Of a stretch of 49,486 nucleotides of DNA, positions 8,802 to 19,019 are shown piece after piece. The DNA is from an uncultured Rhizobiaceae bacterium (GTDB lineage Bacteria > Pseudomonadota > Alphaproteobacteria > Rhizobiales > Rhizobiaceae). The notes beneath the pieces were generated by a model that was not told the DNA's origin, ran no database searches, and saw only the letters and a list, made by a program, of their open reading frames with translations. The position numbers were made by a program, and so were the translations under genes. The DNA lies in contig CAZEPF010000002.1 of NCBI GenBank assembly GCA_964514045.1, positions 1 through 49,486 on the forward strand, given 5' to 3'. How positions within the stretch are numbered: the first letter of the stretch is position 1; each line of letters starts with the position of its first letter.

Positions 8802-11800
8802 CGCGTTCAATATTCCTCCAACTACATTGGCTGAGCAGTTTGCAGCATCAGACCCTGAACGCTCTGCCTGGGTGTCTGCAAATGCGGGTTCTGGAAAAAC
8901 CCATGTTCTGACGCAGCGTGTTATCCGGCTCATGCTGGCAGGTAATTCTCCTGATCGTATTTTATGTCTGACCTTCACGAAGGCGGCGGCAGCCAATATG
9001 AAGAATCGCGTATTTGATACGTTGGGCGGTTGGACCATGCTTCCTGATGACAAGCTTGCGGTCGAAATCGAGAAATCTACGGGCAAGCGGCCAACTCATA
9101 AAACATTGAACCGTGCGCGACAGCTTTTTACGGAAGCTTTAGACACACCCGGCGGCCTGAAAATCCAAACCATTCATGCGTTCTGTGAGGCATTGCTGCA
9201 CCAGTTCCCACTTGAAGCGAATGTGTCGGGTCATTTTGAAGTGGTTCAGGATGTTGCTCAAACTGTCATGCTGGCAGAAGCGCGCGCGAGTATTTTACAA
9301 AATGATGCGCCGGAGGAACTGCTACACGCGTTTGAGGCGTTGGCAGAACTCGTAAGTGATTATGATATCGATAATGGCATTGCCGAACTCATCTCGAAGC
9401 GGCATGCTTTTCAAGCATGGATGGGTCGGTTTGAAACCATTGACGAGGCTGTTGATCAGCTTTACGCGCAGCTTGGTATCTCACCAGACGATACAGTTGA
9501 GAGTATTATTTCTGATGCAATACAGCAAATAGGCGAACATGCTGATCTGTTTAGGGAGGTTGTTCCTTTTGCTAGTGCCAGCGACAAGAAAACAGACATT
9601 ACACTTGCAAAAAACCTTACCCGCTATCTCAATAGTGATTGCGATAGTTTGAAATTCGAAGCAATTAAAGCAGCCTCTCTTACCCAAGCTGAAACCGTTA
9701 GAACTGACAAAGGCCTTGCCACAAAAGAGGTAAAAAAAACCTTCCCTGATTTGGTTGAACGCATACAGGTCTGCGGCGAGATTGTTCTCAATGCGCTGGA
9801 TACAATCCGTACTCATCGGATGATCGAAAAATCCAGATATCTTTTCACAATCGCGCGCGCTGTCTTGGATGGATACGAGCGAGAGAAACGCGCAAAGGGT
9901 CTGGTTGATTATGACGATATGATCTGGAAATGCGAGCATTTGCTCAAGCGTCCCGATATTCGGGACTGGGTCAGGTATCGCTTGGATCAAGGCATTGATC
10001 ATATGTTGGTTGATGAAGCGCAGGATACCAGCCCCGCCCAATGGCAGATCATCAATGCGGTCACTGAGGATTTTTATACCGGAGAAGGCGCATTCAAACG
10101 CAATCGAACCATTTTTGTGGTGGGTGACGAAAAGCAGTCAATTTATTCTTTTCAAGGTGCTGATCCGGCAGAGTTTTACGTGCAGCAGAATAGACTGGAA
10201 ACAAAAGTTTCAGACGTTGGCCGTGAGTTAAAAAACGCAAAACTCAATCTGTCATTTCGTTCTACGCAGGACGTATTGCATGCAGTGGACGAGGTTTTCA
10301 AACTTGAGGTTAATGCTCAAGGGCTAACTCAAGATGGTGGAACGCCGACCCATGATGCCGTGCGCAATGCAGACCCTGGTGAAGTTCAGGTCTGGCCACT
10401 TTTCATCAAAGAAAAAACGACTGAGCCACAAAACTGGCTTGACCCGATTGATCGCGACGGAGCGGGTGATCCTGCGGTATTGCTTGCGGAGAAAATTACC
10501 CAATCGGTTAAGTCCTGGGTTGGGCAGGTTCTGCCGGGTATGCAAGAACCGCTTACGCATGGAGATATTCTAGTTCTGGTAAGAAAGCGCGATCGGTTTA
10601 TTCCGGCCCTTACAAGAACCATGAAGGATGCTGGCGTTAAAGTAGCGGGTTCTGATCGTCTACGCCTGCTGGAACATATTGCAATTGAAGACTTGCTTGC
10701 GATCGGGCGATTTACGCTGCTGCCTGATGATGATCTCAATCTTGCCTGTGTATTAAAAAGTGTCCTGTTCGATATGGATGACGAGACATTGTTTTCACTT
10801 GCGCACAAGCGAGGCAAGAAATCACTCATCCAGCATCTGGAAAGTATTGCTGCTGATGATGACCATGCTGCGAACGAGATTGCCAAACAGGTTTTGCCCG
10901 TCCTTGAGTTGATACAAAACAAAAGTACCAAACTTGGTCTTTACGAATTCTATGCTTGGGTGCTGGGTGTGCACGGGTTAAGGCGTAAAATTCTGGCGCG
11001 TCTCGGCATGGAAGCAGAAGATGTACTCGATGCGTTTGTCGATGAAATTCTGTCCTTTACCCAAGAGGGTGGATTGGGACTGGAAGCATTTATCGCACAA
11101 TTGACAAAGGCTAATCCCGAGATCAAGCGTGAGGTTGAGCTTGATCGTGATGAGGTTCGTATCATGACTGTACATGCCTCCAAGGGGTTGGAAGCGCGTG
11201 TGGTCTTTATGGTGGATTCGTGCGGGAAAGCGATTGTTTCCAGCCATCGTTCAAAGCTTATAGAATTGGAGACGGGCAGCACGCCTGCATTGGTTTGGGC
11301 ACCTAGTGGCGTTGATCAGGTCTCAGGTATTTCTGAAACACTTGCTGCGATGGATGAAGCAACGGAATCTGAATACAGGCGCTTGCTCTATGTGGGCATG
11401 ACGCGTGCCGCAGACCGATTGGTGGTGTGTGGGTATCGTGGAATTAACGAGCCAAAATATTCGTACTGGCATAAGATGGTGCATGATGCGCTTGCGCCAG
11501 ATGCTGCGCCAATTCTTGATGATGACGGCGAACAGTCAGGTATCCGCTGGATAAGTGAAGACAAGCCAGCGCGTGACGCTAAGGCACAAAATGCGAGTTC
11601 GCCAGCTCACCTCACGACGGCTCCTGACTGGTTGTTTACACCTGCACCTTCAGAACCTGTTTTGCCACGACCTCTCACACCGTCTGGTGCTTATGCAATT
11701 ATCGACGAAGAATTGAAAGAACGCCGCCGCCCACCTTTTGAGCCGGTGACTGAGGCATCTGGGTTTTCACTGGAAATCGGGAACACTGTTCACACTTTGC

Positions 11801-12285
11801 TTGAGTTGCTGCCAGATGTTTCTGCTGACCGGTACCAGGAGATTATTGATCGGTATGTGCGATCTGTAGGTTCTGCCTGGAGTGCCAATCAACGAAATTC
11901 TGTCTTTGAAGCGGTTGAAGCAATTTTATCCGGTGAGGAATTTCAGCCAATTTTTTCTAAGGATAGCCGTGCGGAGGTGTCTCTGGTTGGCAGTCTTGAA
12001 ACGCAGTCTGGATTGAGGTTGATTTCGGGCCAGATTGACAGGCTTGTGGTCGAAGAAAATCGTTTGATGGTTGTTGATTATAAGACCAACAGAATTGTGC
12101 CGGATACGTTTGATGAATATCCCAGTGAGTATGTGGCACAACTTGCGCTATACAGGCACTTAGTCCGAGAGATTTTCCCCAAACATTCGATTGCGTGTGC
12201 GATTTTATGGACGTCACATCCAAAATTAATTGAACTGCCAGATGAGCTTCTGGACTGCGCAATGGCCGTTCTCAAGAAAGGGTGA
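8776..12285 (+). CDS. addA: double-strand break repair helicase-nuclease AddA
   Basis: UvrD/Rep-type motifs are present: Walker A ANAGSGKTHVL, motif II VDEAQDTSPAQW, and VGDEKQSIYSFQGA. The C-terminal RecB-type nuclease block reads GQIDRLVV...VVDYKTN. Position 8776 is a TTG; the ATGs at 8785/8788/8794 are equally possible starts. The addB stop is at 8799-8801. Confidence 0.9.
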   Translation: MARMMTMSDAFNIPPTTLAEQFAASDPERSAWVSANAGSGKTHVLTQRVIRLMLAGNSPDRILCLTFTKAAAANMKNRVFDTLGGWTMLPDDKLAVEIEKSTGKRPTHKTLNRARQLFTEALDTPGGLKIQTIHAFCEALLHQFPLEANVSGHFEVVQDVAQTVMLAEARASILQNDAPEELLHAFEALAELVSDYDIDNGIAELISKRHAFQAWMGRFETIDEAVDQLYAQLGISPDDTVESIISDAIQQIGEHADLFREVVPFASASDKKTDITLAKNLTRYLNSDCDSLKFEAIKAASLTQAETVRTDKGLATKEVKKTFPDLVERIQVCGEIVLNALDTIRTHRMIEKSRYLFTIARAVLDGYEREKRAKGLVDYDDMIWKCEHLLKRPDIRDWVRYRLDQGIDHMLVDEAQDTSPAQWQIINAVTEDFYTGEGAFKRNRTIFVVGDEKQSIYSFQGADPAEFYVQQNRLETKVSDVGRELKNAKLNLSFRSTQDVLHAVDEVFKLEVNAQGLTQDGGTPTHDAVRNADPGEVQVWPLFIKEKTTEPQNWLDPIDRDGAGDPAVLLAEKITQSVKSWVGQVLPGMQEPLTHGDILVLVRKRDRFIPALTRTMKDAGVKVAGSDRLRLLEHIAIEDLLAIGRFTLLPDDDLNLACVLKSVLFDMDDETLFSLAHKRGKKSLIQHLESIAADDDHAANEIAKQVLPVLELIQNKSTKLGLYEFYAWVLGVHGLRRKILARLGMEAEDVLDAFVDEILSFTQEGGLGLEAFIAQLTKANPEIKREVELDRDEVRIMTVHASKGLEARVVFMVDSCGKAIVSSHRSKLIELETGSTPALVWAPSGVDQVSGISETLAAMDEATESEYRRLLYVGMTRAADRLVVCGYRGINEPKYSYWHKMVHDALAPDAAPILDDDGEQSGIRWISEDKPARDAKAQNASSPAHLTTAPDWLFTPAPSEPVLPRPLTPSGAYAIIDEELKERRRPPFEPVTEASGFSLEIGNTVHTLLELLPDVSADRYQEIIDRYVRSVGSAWSANQRNSVFEAVEAILSGEEFQPIFSKDSRAEVSLVGSLETQSGLRLISGQIDRLVVEENRLMVVDYKTNRIVPDTFDEYPSEYVAQLALYRHLVREIFPKHSIACAILWTSHPKLIELPDELLDCAMAVLKKG

Positions 12286-12302
12286 ACAGGCGTTTCCATC
12301 CC

Positions 12303-12331
12303 TTGACGCATGGCAGGTGGCTTCTTACGTT
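12303..12331 (+). promoter_or_regulatory. candidate sigma70-type promoter for trxA
   Basis: TTGACG (12303-12308), a 17-nt spacer, then TACGTT (12326-12331), about 57 nt upstream of the trxA ATG. This is a pattern match only. Confidence 0.3.
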
Positions 12332-12387
12332 TGGTTCAACTGTAATAAAGCTGGCGAATCCCGCCGGTATTCATAAAGGAGCCTATA

Positions 12388-12708
12388 ATGGCCACGCAAA
12401 CCGTTGATACAAACAATTTTGAAGCCGATGTTCTGAAATCATCAGAGCCTGTTGTCGTGGACTTTTGGGCAGAATGGTGCGGCCCGTGTAAAGCGATTGG
12501 CCCAAGCCTTGAAGAAATTTCTGATGAAATGGCTGGCAAGGTGAAGATTGCCAAGGTCAATATTGATGAAAATCCAGACATTGCTGCACAATACGGCGTC
12601 CGCTCAATTCCAACATTGGTATTGTTCAAAGATGGCGAGCCTGCATCCATGCAAGTAGGCGCGAAACCTAAAAATGCTCTTGTTGACTGGATCAATGGCG
12701 CTGCTTAA
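12388..12708 (+). CDS. trxA: thioredoxin
   Basis: 106 aa with the active site WAEWCGPCK. An AAGGAG RBS lies 7 nt upstream. Confidence 0.95.
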   Translation: MATQTVDTNNFEADVLKSSEPVVVDFWAEWCGPCKAIGPSLEEISDEMAGKVKIAKVNIDENPDIAAQYGVRSIPTLVLFKDGEPASMQVGAKPKNALVDWINGAA

Positions 12709-12732
12709 GCAAATCATAATCCAAGAGTTTTG

Positions 12733-12758
12733 AGCCCGGTTTTGACCGGGCTTTTTTG
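12733..12758 (+). terminator. Rho-independent terminator of trxA
   Basis: Stem AGCCCGGT/ACCGGGCT (12733-12740/12745-12752), loop TTTG, followed by a T-run. Confidence 0.8.
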
Positions 12759-12775
12759 TGTCCGCCGATAGTTTC

Positions 12776-14086
12776 TTACGTAGGTGGTGTTTTATTATGC
12801 GCTAAAACTTCACCCACCATGTAAAGTGATCCACAAAACAGAATTTGAGCATCTTCATTGCGCATTGTATAGGCTTTGGCTTGCTCTATGCCTTCTTGAA
12901 GGCTTTGGCTAGTATTGGCGGAAAGGCCAGCAGCACTTGCATACTTTGCCAGTTCTTTGGCAGGAATGCTGGCTTCACTCATTGCAACCGGAATGGTGAT
13001 TACATCAGCGTTTAGTTCTTTGAATGCTTCGAAATAGCCTGACGGTTCTTTCGTGTTGATCATGCCGCATACCAATAAGAGCTTTCGGTTTGCGCCAGCG
13101 CGTTGTCTGAGAAGTTCCTTAGCGATCACTTCGCCAGCGGCGGGGTTGTGACCGCCATCAATCCATAGGTCAGGATTGCCGCCCATGTTTTTTGCGATGG
13201 TTCCATCTGACAAACGTTGCAAGCGACCGGGCCAAGTGACGGTTTTCATTCCCTTTGCCCATGCTTGATCGTCAATCTTAATCCCGCTTACACGCAATGC
13301 GGCCATGGCAAGTGCTGCATTATCAATTTGATGCTCACCTACGAGTTGCGGTAAGGGCAGGTCAATCAGGCCGTCTGAATCCTGATAGGCAAAGCCGGTT
13401 GCATCGCGGTACGCATCAAAATCCTGCCCAGCAATGAAGATGCTTGATTGTTTTTTTAAGGCTACCTCTTCGATGGTGTCGCGGGCATCATCATGCTGTC
13501 TGCCAATGGCAACTGGAACTTTATGTTTTATAATGCCTGCTTTTTCGAAGGCGATCTTACTGATCGTATCGCCGAGATACGCCTGATGGTCGAGTGCGAC
13601 AGGAGTGATTGCCGTTACAATCAGATTTTGGATGACATTTGTTGCATCAAACCGTCCGCCTAGACCCACTTCTACCAATGAGAAATCAGCCTTGTGCTCG
13701 CTGAACAAAACACACATGACGGCGGACATAATCTCAAAAATAGTGATGGGTTGATTGTTATTTGCGTTGGCTACGCGCTCAATTGCATTGGCCAGTACAT
13801 CATCACTCACCAATGATCCGGCAAGCCGATAGCGCTCGTTCCAATTCACCAAATGCGGTGACGTATGCACATGGACGGAATATCCTGCGGCCTCGAGTAT
13901 TGATCGGCAAAAGGCAAGTGTCGAGCCTTTACCATTGGTGCCTGCGACATGAATTGCAGGCGGAATTTTAAGGTGAGGATTACCCAGTTTTTCTAAAAGC
14001 GTCGTAATTCTATCAAGTGATAAATCAAAGCCTTTCGGATGAATTTCCGAAAGCTTATCAATCAGGGCATCGGTACGGGTTGTCAC
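12776..14086 (-). CDS. folC: bifunctional folylpolyglutamate synthase / dihydrofolate synthase
   Basis: 436 aa with a GTG start. It has the Mur-ligase-type P-loop HVAGTNGKGST and lies downstream of accD, as is usual. Confidence 0.9.
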   Translation of the reverse strand: MTTRTDALIDKLSEIHPKGFDLSLDRITTLLEKLGNPHLKIPPAIHVAGTNGKGSTLAFCRSILEAAGYSVHVHTSPHLVNWNERYRLAGSLVSDDVLANAIERVANANNNQPITIFEIMSAVMCVLFSEHKADFSLVEVGLGGRFDATNVIQNLIVTAITPVALDHQAYLGDTISKIAFEKAGIIKHKVPVAIGRQHDDARDTIEEVALKKQSSIFIAGQDFDAYRDATGFAYQDSDGLIDLPLPQLVGEHQIDNAALAMAALRVSGIKIDDQAWAKGMKTVTWPGRLQRLSDGTIAKNMGGNPDLWIDGGHNPAAGEVIAKELLRQRAGANRKLLLVCGMINTKEPSGYFEAFKELNADVITIPVAMSEASIPAKELAKYASAAGLSANTSQSLQEGIEQAKAYTMRNEDAQILFCGSLYMVGEVLAHNKTPPT

Positions 14087-14098
14087 TTTAAGCTAAAC

Positions 14099-14368
14099 TT
14101 AGGGTCAGGACCCATTAATTAACGCACTATGGTGGCGATGAATTTGTTTGAATGAAAGGCGTAGATGCGCAGGAAACCGTCTGGTTTTCAAGCGTTTACA
14201 ACGTATCAGTCGGGCAAATTCATCCCATCCGCAGGACAGACTGCTATGACTGCGATCTACAGCGTCAAAGCTTTTAACCGGGGGATGAACCCCGCTTTGC
14301 AAGCTTTTCCTTGTATTTCTTGTCATATCAACTGCCATAGTGTGCAAATTAATGAGTCCTGACCCTAG
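14099..14368. mobile_element. MITE-like non-coding element with ~33-bp imperfect terminal inverted repeats
   Basis: The left end is TAGGGTCAGGACCCATTAATTAACGCACTATGG (14100-14132). The reverse complement of the right end is TAGGGTCAGGACTCATTAATTTGCACACTATGG (14367-14335). By manual alignment 28 of 33 positions match. The core is ~200 bp with no credible ORF. The element fills the accD-folC spacer. Confidence 0.5.
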
Positions 14369-15336
14369 GCCGGATTGGTTTCGTCTGTCAGTTTGCTTGC
14401 TTCACCTGTTTCATCAAGGATGGCTAGCGTCTCGGGCGTAGCGGTCCCGGATGGGTCTTCAGCATCAGGCTCTATGATTTCCAATGCTGGCAGGTTCAAC
14501 ATCAGTCGTATCAATCTTGATAAGGTGGCTTTCATATCAAGGCGGCTGACGATCATGTCAATCATGCCATGTTCCAGAAGATATTCCGATGTCTGAAAAT
14601 CGTCTGGTAATTTTTCGCGGATGGTTCCCTCAATCACACGACGACCCGCAAAGCCGATTACCGCACCTGGTTCTGCGATGTGAACATCGCCCAACATGGC
14701 ATAGGATGCAGATACTCCACCTGTGGTGGGATTGGTGAGCACAACAATATAGGGAACGCCTGCGTCTTTCATCATCTGAACGCCAACGGTTGTGCGTGGT
14801 AATTGCATCAGGGACAAAATACCCTCCTGCATCCGCGCCCCACCTGATGCTGCAAACAAAATCAATGGTGTTTTGCTTTCTGCTGCCAGTTCCATGCCTT
14901 TGATGATCATCTCGCCAGCGGCCATGCCCAGTGAGCCACCAATGAATTGCATCTCATGGACGACCGCGATCATTTCCAGTCCGTTGACTTTGCCGCGTGC
15001 GGTAATGATGGAATCATCCAAGCCTGTTTTCCGGCGTGCGTCTTTTAGCTTGTCGATATATTTGCTCTTATCGCGAAACTTTAGCGGGTCTTGAGCAACC
15101 TTAGGCATTTCGAGTTGTTCAAACTCGCCCCCATCAAAGAAGAAGCTTAGTCGCTCAAGTGCCGAAATTTTCATGTGGTAGCCGGAACTTGGCACCACGC
15201 CCATGTTTGCTTCCAGATCTTTGTGAAAGACCATTTCACCCGACTCAGGACATTTAATCCATAGGTTTTCCGGCATTTCCTTGCGGCTTAAAATACCACC
15301 GATTTTTGGTCTAACGAGATTGGTAATCCAGTTCAT
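14365..15336 (-). CDS. accD: acetyl-CoA carboxylase carboxyltransferase beta subunit
   Basis: 323 aa with N-terminus [12 protein letters not shown] and the carboxyltransferase core [10 protein letters not shown]...SGGARMQEG. The stop TAG is the first 3 nt of the MITE-like right TIR. Confidence 0.9.
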   Translation of the reverse strand: MNWITNLVRPKIGGILSRKEMPENLWIKCPESGEMVFHKDLEANMGVVPSSGYHMKISALERLSFFFDGGEFEQLEMPKVAQDPLKFRDKSKYIDKLKDARRKTGLDDSIITARGKVNGLEMIAVVHEMQFIGGSLGMAAGEMIIKGMELAAESKTPLILFAASGGARMQEGILSLMQLPRTTVGVQMMKDAGVPYIVVLTNPTTGGVSASYAMLGDVHIAEPGAVIGFAGRRVIEGTIREKLPDDFQTSEYLLEHGMIDMIVSRLDMKATLSRLIRLMLNLPALEIIEPDAEDPSGTATPETLAILDETGEASKLTDETNPA

Positions 15337-15362
15337 GGGTCTGGTCTTTCGTTTGAAGTCTT

Positions 15363-15391
15363 ATCTTACGTAGCGTTAGAATTACTGTAAA
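15363..15391 (-). promoter_or_regulatory. candidate sigma70-type promoter for accD (internal to the trp-accD-folC block)
   Basis: On the minus strand: TTTACA (15391-15386), a 17-nt spacer, then TAAGAT (15368-15363), ending 26 nt upstream of the accD ATG. This is a pattern match only. Confidence 0.3.
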
Positions 15392-16219
15392 CTAATGTTT
15401 AACAGACCGAACGCCGGTTGCAAGGTCAGCCACTAAAGCGTGAACCGCAGCAGGAGTATTGCTTGTTGCGTTACCCTGACTATCGAGGCTGTTCTCGATT
15501 GCATTTACCAAAGCAGAGCCAACCACTACCGCATCAGCACCTTTGCCGATATCGGCTGCTTGCTCGGCAGTTTTGACACCAAAACCAACTGCAACGGGTA
15601 GGTCTGTGGAACTCTTGATTGCAGCAACAGCATTGGAAACCTTGTGAGGGTCCGGTGCTGCTGCACCTGTAATGCCTGTGATGGATACGTAGTAGAGAAA
15701 GCCTGATGTATTTTCCAATACGCGGGGAAGGCGGTCTCCGTCTGTTGTTGGTGTGACTAACCGGATGAAGTTGATCTCTGCAGCCATTGCTGGAATACAA
15801 AGTTCGTCATCTGCTTCCGGTGGAACATCAACGATGATCAAACCATCGACCCCCGCAGCTTTTGCGTCAGCAATAAACTTCTCGTTCCCGTAAATATAGA
15901 TCGGGTTGTAATAACCCATCAGAACGATTGGCGTTTCATTATCACTCTTGCGGAATTCGCTCACCATCTGAATGGTCTTGGCCAGCGTCATACCGCCCTT
16001 TAGCGCCCGTTGTCCGGCAAGCTGAATTGCTGGGCCATCGGCCATGGGATCGGAAAATGGCATGCCGATCTCGATCAGGTCGGCGCCCGCATCCGGCAAG
16101 CCTTTTAGAACTTCCAGAGCGGTTTTTTCATCTGGATCACCGCCCATGATAAACGTAACCAACCCTGGGCGGCCTTCACTTTTGAGCGCTGCAAAGCGTG
16201 CATCAATACGTGTTGTCAT
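15392..16219 (-). CDS. trpA: tryptophan synthase alpha chain
   Basis: 275 aa with the blocks [17 protein letters not shown] and [10 protein letters not shown]. Confidence 0.9.
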   Translation of the reverse strand: MTTRIDARFAALKSEGRPGLVTFIMGGDPDEKTALEVLKGLPDAGADLIEIGMPFSDPMADGPAIQLAGQRALKGGMTLAKTIQMVSEFRKSDNETPIVLMGYYNPIYIYGNEKFIADAKAAGVDGLIIVDVPPEADDELCIPAMAAEINFIRLVTPTTDGDRLPRVLENTSGFLYYVSITGITGAAAPDPHKVSNAVAAIKSSTDLPVAVGFGVKTAEQAADIGKGADAVVVGSALVNAIENSLDSQGNATSNTPAAVHALVADLATGVRSVKH

Positions 16220-16230
16220 GTGATGTATCC

Positions 16231-17451
16231 TTAAAGCTCAACGCCAAGTGCTGCGCCGACAGTGAAAACATCTTTGTCTCCACGGCCACACAGGTTCATG
16301 ACAATGACTTGGTCTTTGTCCATTGTCGGTGCACGTTTTATAATCTCTGCTAATGCGTGGCTTGGCTCAAGCGCTGGAATAATACCTTCAACCCGACACA
16401 GCATCTGGAATGCTTCAAGGGCTTCGGTGTCCATGATCGGCACGTATTCAACGCGGCCCGAATCTTTCAGCCATGAATGTTCCGGTCCAATGCCCGGATA
16501 ATCAAGACCTGCTGAAATCGAATGGCCTTCGAGAATTTGTCCATCATCATCCTGCAGGAGGAAGGTCCGGTTGCCATGAAGTACACCTGGTTTGCCTGCT
16601 GATAGGGATGCACAATGCTCATCACCTGACAGGCCTCTACCGCCTGCTTCAACGCCGACGATCTGCACGCTTTTATCATCAAGGAACGGATGGAAGAGTC
16701 CAATCGCATTTGATCCGCCACCGACTGATGCAACGATCATGTCGGGCAGCTTGCCTTCTGCTTCCATAATTTGTTCGCGGGTTTCTTTGCCAATCACAGA
16801 CTGGAAATCACGAACAAGTTCTGGATAAGGGTGTGGGCCTGCTGCCGTGCCGATCAGGTAGTAGGTGTCTTCGACATTGGTAACCCAATCACGTAGGGCT
16901 TCGTTCATTGCGTCTTTAAGCGTTCCTGCACCTGCGGTTACAGGTACGATTTCCGCTCCCAGCAATTTCATGCGGAATACGTTGGGCGACTGGCGCTCGA
17001 CATCCGTCTTGCCCATGTAAACAACACATGGAAAACCAAACTTTGCTGCAACCGTAGCAGCCGCTACGCCGTGCTGTCCGGCGCCTGTTTCTGCGATGAT
17101 GCGGGTTTTGCCCATGCGTTTTGCAAGCAGGATTTGGCCGATGCAATTATTGATCTTGTGAGAACCTGTATGGCTCAGCTCGTCGCGCTTGAAATAGATT
17201 TTTGCACCGCCGAGTTCTTTCGTCAGGCCTTCTGCAAAATAAAGCGGAGAAGGCCTGCCCGTATAATGCTTGTTAAGGCTTCCAACTTCTGCTGCAAATT
17301 CTGGGTCAGTTTTGGCTGCCTCATAATGTTTTTCGAGGTCCAGAATAAGTGGCATTAGCGTTTCGGCAACGTAACGACCGCCAAAAATACCGAAGTGGCC
17401 GTTCTCGTCAGGTCCGGTTTTATAGGAATTCGGCTCTACAGGTTTACTCAA
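16231..17451 (-). CDS. trpB: tryptophan synthase beta chain
   Basis: 406 aa with [17 protein letters not shown], the PLP-lysine block [11 protein letters not shown], and GGGSNAIG. Confidence 0.95.
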   Translation of the reverse strand: MSKPVEPNSYKTGPDENGHFGIFGGRYVAETLMPLILDLEKHYEAAKTDPEFAAEVGSLNKHYTGRPSPLYFAEGLTKELGGAKIYFKRDELSHTGSHKINNCIGQILLAKRMGKTRIIAETGAGQHGVAAATVAAKFGFPCVVYMGKTDVERQSPNVFRMKLLGAEIVPVTAGAGTLKDAMNEALRDWVTNVEDTYYLIGTAAGPHPYPELVRDFQSVIGKETREQIMEAEGKLPDMIVASVGGGSNAIGLFHPFLDDKSVQIVGVEAGGRGLSGDEHCASLSAGKPGVLHGNRTFLLQDDDGQILEGHSISAGLDYPGIGPEHSWLKDSGRVEYVPIMDTEALEAFQMLCRVEGIIPALEPSHALAEIIKRAPTMDKDQVIVMNLCGRGDKDVFTVGAALGVEL

Positions 17452-18106
17452 CGCTACGTTCCTTTTGTGTCGCGATCTGAAGTATTTCTCGGATCATGTT
17501 TTCGTTCTTAACGCCGGGACTAGTTTCAACGCCGGAGGATAAATCTATTCCCCACGCGCCGGATTGCTCGATTGCGTCGGCTATGTTGTCGATGCCCAGT
17601 CCACCAGACAGAACATATGGCACAGTTTGGGGCCAATCGTCCATGATCTCCCAATCAAATGCGACACCATTTCCACCTGGCAGGTCCGCACCCTTGGGAG
17701 GTTTGGCATCAAATAGAAAGTAATCGGCAATTCCAATATAGGATTTTGCTTTTTCCAAGTCTGTATGGTCGCGCACTGCAATGGCTTTCATCACCGGAAG
17801 ATTGAAGCGTTGCTTTACCTGAGATACCCGCTCTGGCGATTCTGATCCATGCAGTTGCAGAATGTCAGGCTGCATCGCATCGATAATCTGGCTTAGAGCC
17901 TCATCATCTGCATTCACACTCACCGCAACTTTCTGGATTTGATTGTTTGCGTGTTGCGAGAGCTTACCAGCTTGATCAAGGCTGACGTTTCGTGGGCTTT
18001 TTTCGTAGAAGATCAAGCCGATATGCGTTGCTCCGCCTTCGATGACTGCATCAATGGCTTGGGTCGTGGAGAGGCCGCATATCTTGATGAATTCAGGAGT
18101 GATCAT
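17444..18106 (-). CDS. trpF: phosphoribosylanthranilate isomerase
   Basis: The protein starts [12 protein letters not shown] at ATG 18106. The longer ORF to 18190 would overlap the upstream gene. There is an 8-nt overlap with trpB. Confidence 0.85.
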   Translation of the reverse strand: MITPEFIKICGLSTTQAIDAVIEGGATHIGLIFYEKSPRNVSLDQAGKLSQHANNQIQKVAVSVNADDEALSQIIDAMQPDILQLHGSESPERVSQVKQRFNLPVMKAIAVRDHTDLEKAKSYIGIADYFLFDAKPPKGADLPGGNGVAFDWEIMDDWPQTVPYVLSGGLGIDNIADAIEQSGAWGIDLSSGVETSPGVKNENMIREILQIATQKERSVE

Positions 18107-18143
18107 GCTATCGGATTGGCATGGCTTTGACGCAGAGTCCAGC

Positions 18144-19019
18144 CTAGTTCTTCCAACTTCCCTCATCCCACATACGAGTGAGAGATGCACGATAGTTTGG
18201 CCAGTGATAGGTCATGCCAAGCAGCTCTTTGGATTTGGCATTACTGACGCGTTTATTTTCACCATAAAAGCTACGCGCCATTGGTGAGAGTTCCGCTGTT
18301 TCAAAATCAAGCTCCGGTGGCGGGGTTTTTCCTGCAATTTCGTGGGCGAATGCGACCACATCCTGTGGGGGGGATGGTTCATCGTCTGTAATGTTGAAAA
18401 TTCCACCAATGTTGTTTTCCATCGCTTTTGCAACGGCCTGACCAATGTCTTCGCGATGGATGCGATTGAACACTTGTCCGGGTTTGACCAAACGCCGTGC
18501 ATTGCCTTTTTCGATGTTCATGAAGGCATTGCGTCCTGGGCCATAAATACCGGATAGTCTGAAAATGCCTAGCGGGATATCCATCTGTGTTGCTGCATCC
18601 TGCCACGCGTTTTCTGCATTGACGCGCATGATGGAGCGTTTGGAAACGGGCTTGGGAAGGGTGGTTTCGTCCACCCATTCGCCATCATGATTGCCGTAAA
18701 CACCGACGGTTGAAAGATAACCCACCCATTGCAGCTTGGGCATGAGCGCACTTAATCCATCCGGCATTAAAGATAAAACTGGGTCTTCTTCATTGGGCGC
18801 TATGGAAATCACAAGATGGGTTGTTTCTTGTAGAGCGGTCGCCACTTCTTTTGATATCGCTTCACCATCAAAGACCAATCCGGTTACGCCTTCTTCTTTT
18901 AGGTTTTCAGCTTTTTCAATACTTCTGCTTGTGCCAAATATTTGCGCAAACAGGTCACGGGATTGTCTGGCAATTTCCTCTGAGGAAAAGCCGTATCCAA
19001 AAATAAAGAGATTAGCCAT
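18144..19019 (-). CDS. NAD(P)-binding SDR/epimerase-family protein (atypical)
   Basis: 291 aa. It has a degenerate N-terminal Rossmann segment (FIFGYGFSS), a YGxxK-like region and a C-terminal epimerase-like fold. The family is recognisable but the function is unknown. Confidence 0.6.
   Translation of the reverse strand: MANLFIFGYGFSSEEIARQSRDLFAQIFGTSRSIEKAENLKEEGVTGLVFDGEAISKEVATALQETTHLVISIAPNEEDPVLSLMPDGLSALMPKLQWVGYLSTVGVYGNHDGEWVDETTLPKPVSKRSIMRVNAENAWQDAATQMDIPLGIFRLSGIYGPGRNAFMNIEKGNARRLVKPGQVFNRIHREDIGQAVAKAMENNIGGIFNITDDEPSPPQDVVAFAHEIAGKTPPPELDFETAELSPMARSFYGENKRVSNAKSKELLGMTYHWPNYRASLTRMWDEGSWKN

Noticed and set aside
9481-10931. Long antisense ORFs inside addA (9481..10041, 186 aa; 10386..10931, 181 aa).
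   Set aside because: They lie entirely opposite a CDS with unambiguous UvrD/RecB motifs. Their products are Ser/Arg/Cys-rich and low-complexity with no recognisable motif. These are typical shadow ORFs.
14105-14362. Two ORFs inside the accD-folC spacer (14105..14347 minus, 80 aa; 14165..14362 plus, 65 aa).
   Set aside because: Both are contained in the MITE-like element, run through its inverted repeats, lack an RBS, and have basic low-complexity products. The TIR structure explains the region better than coding does.
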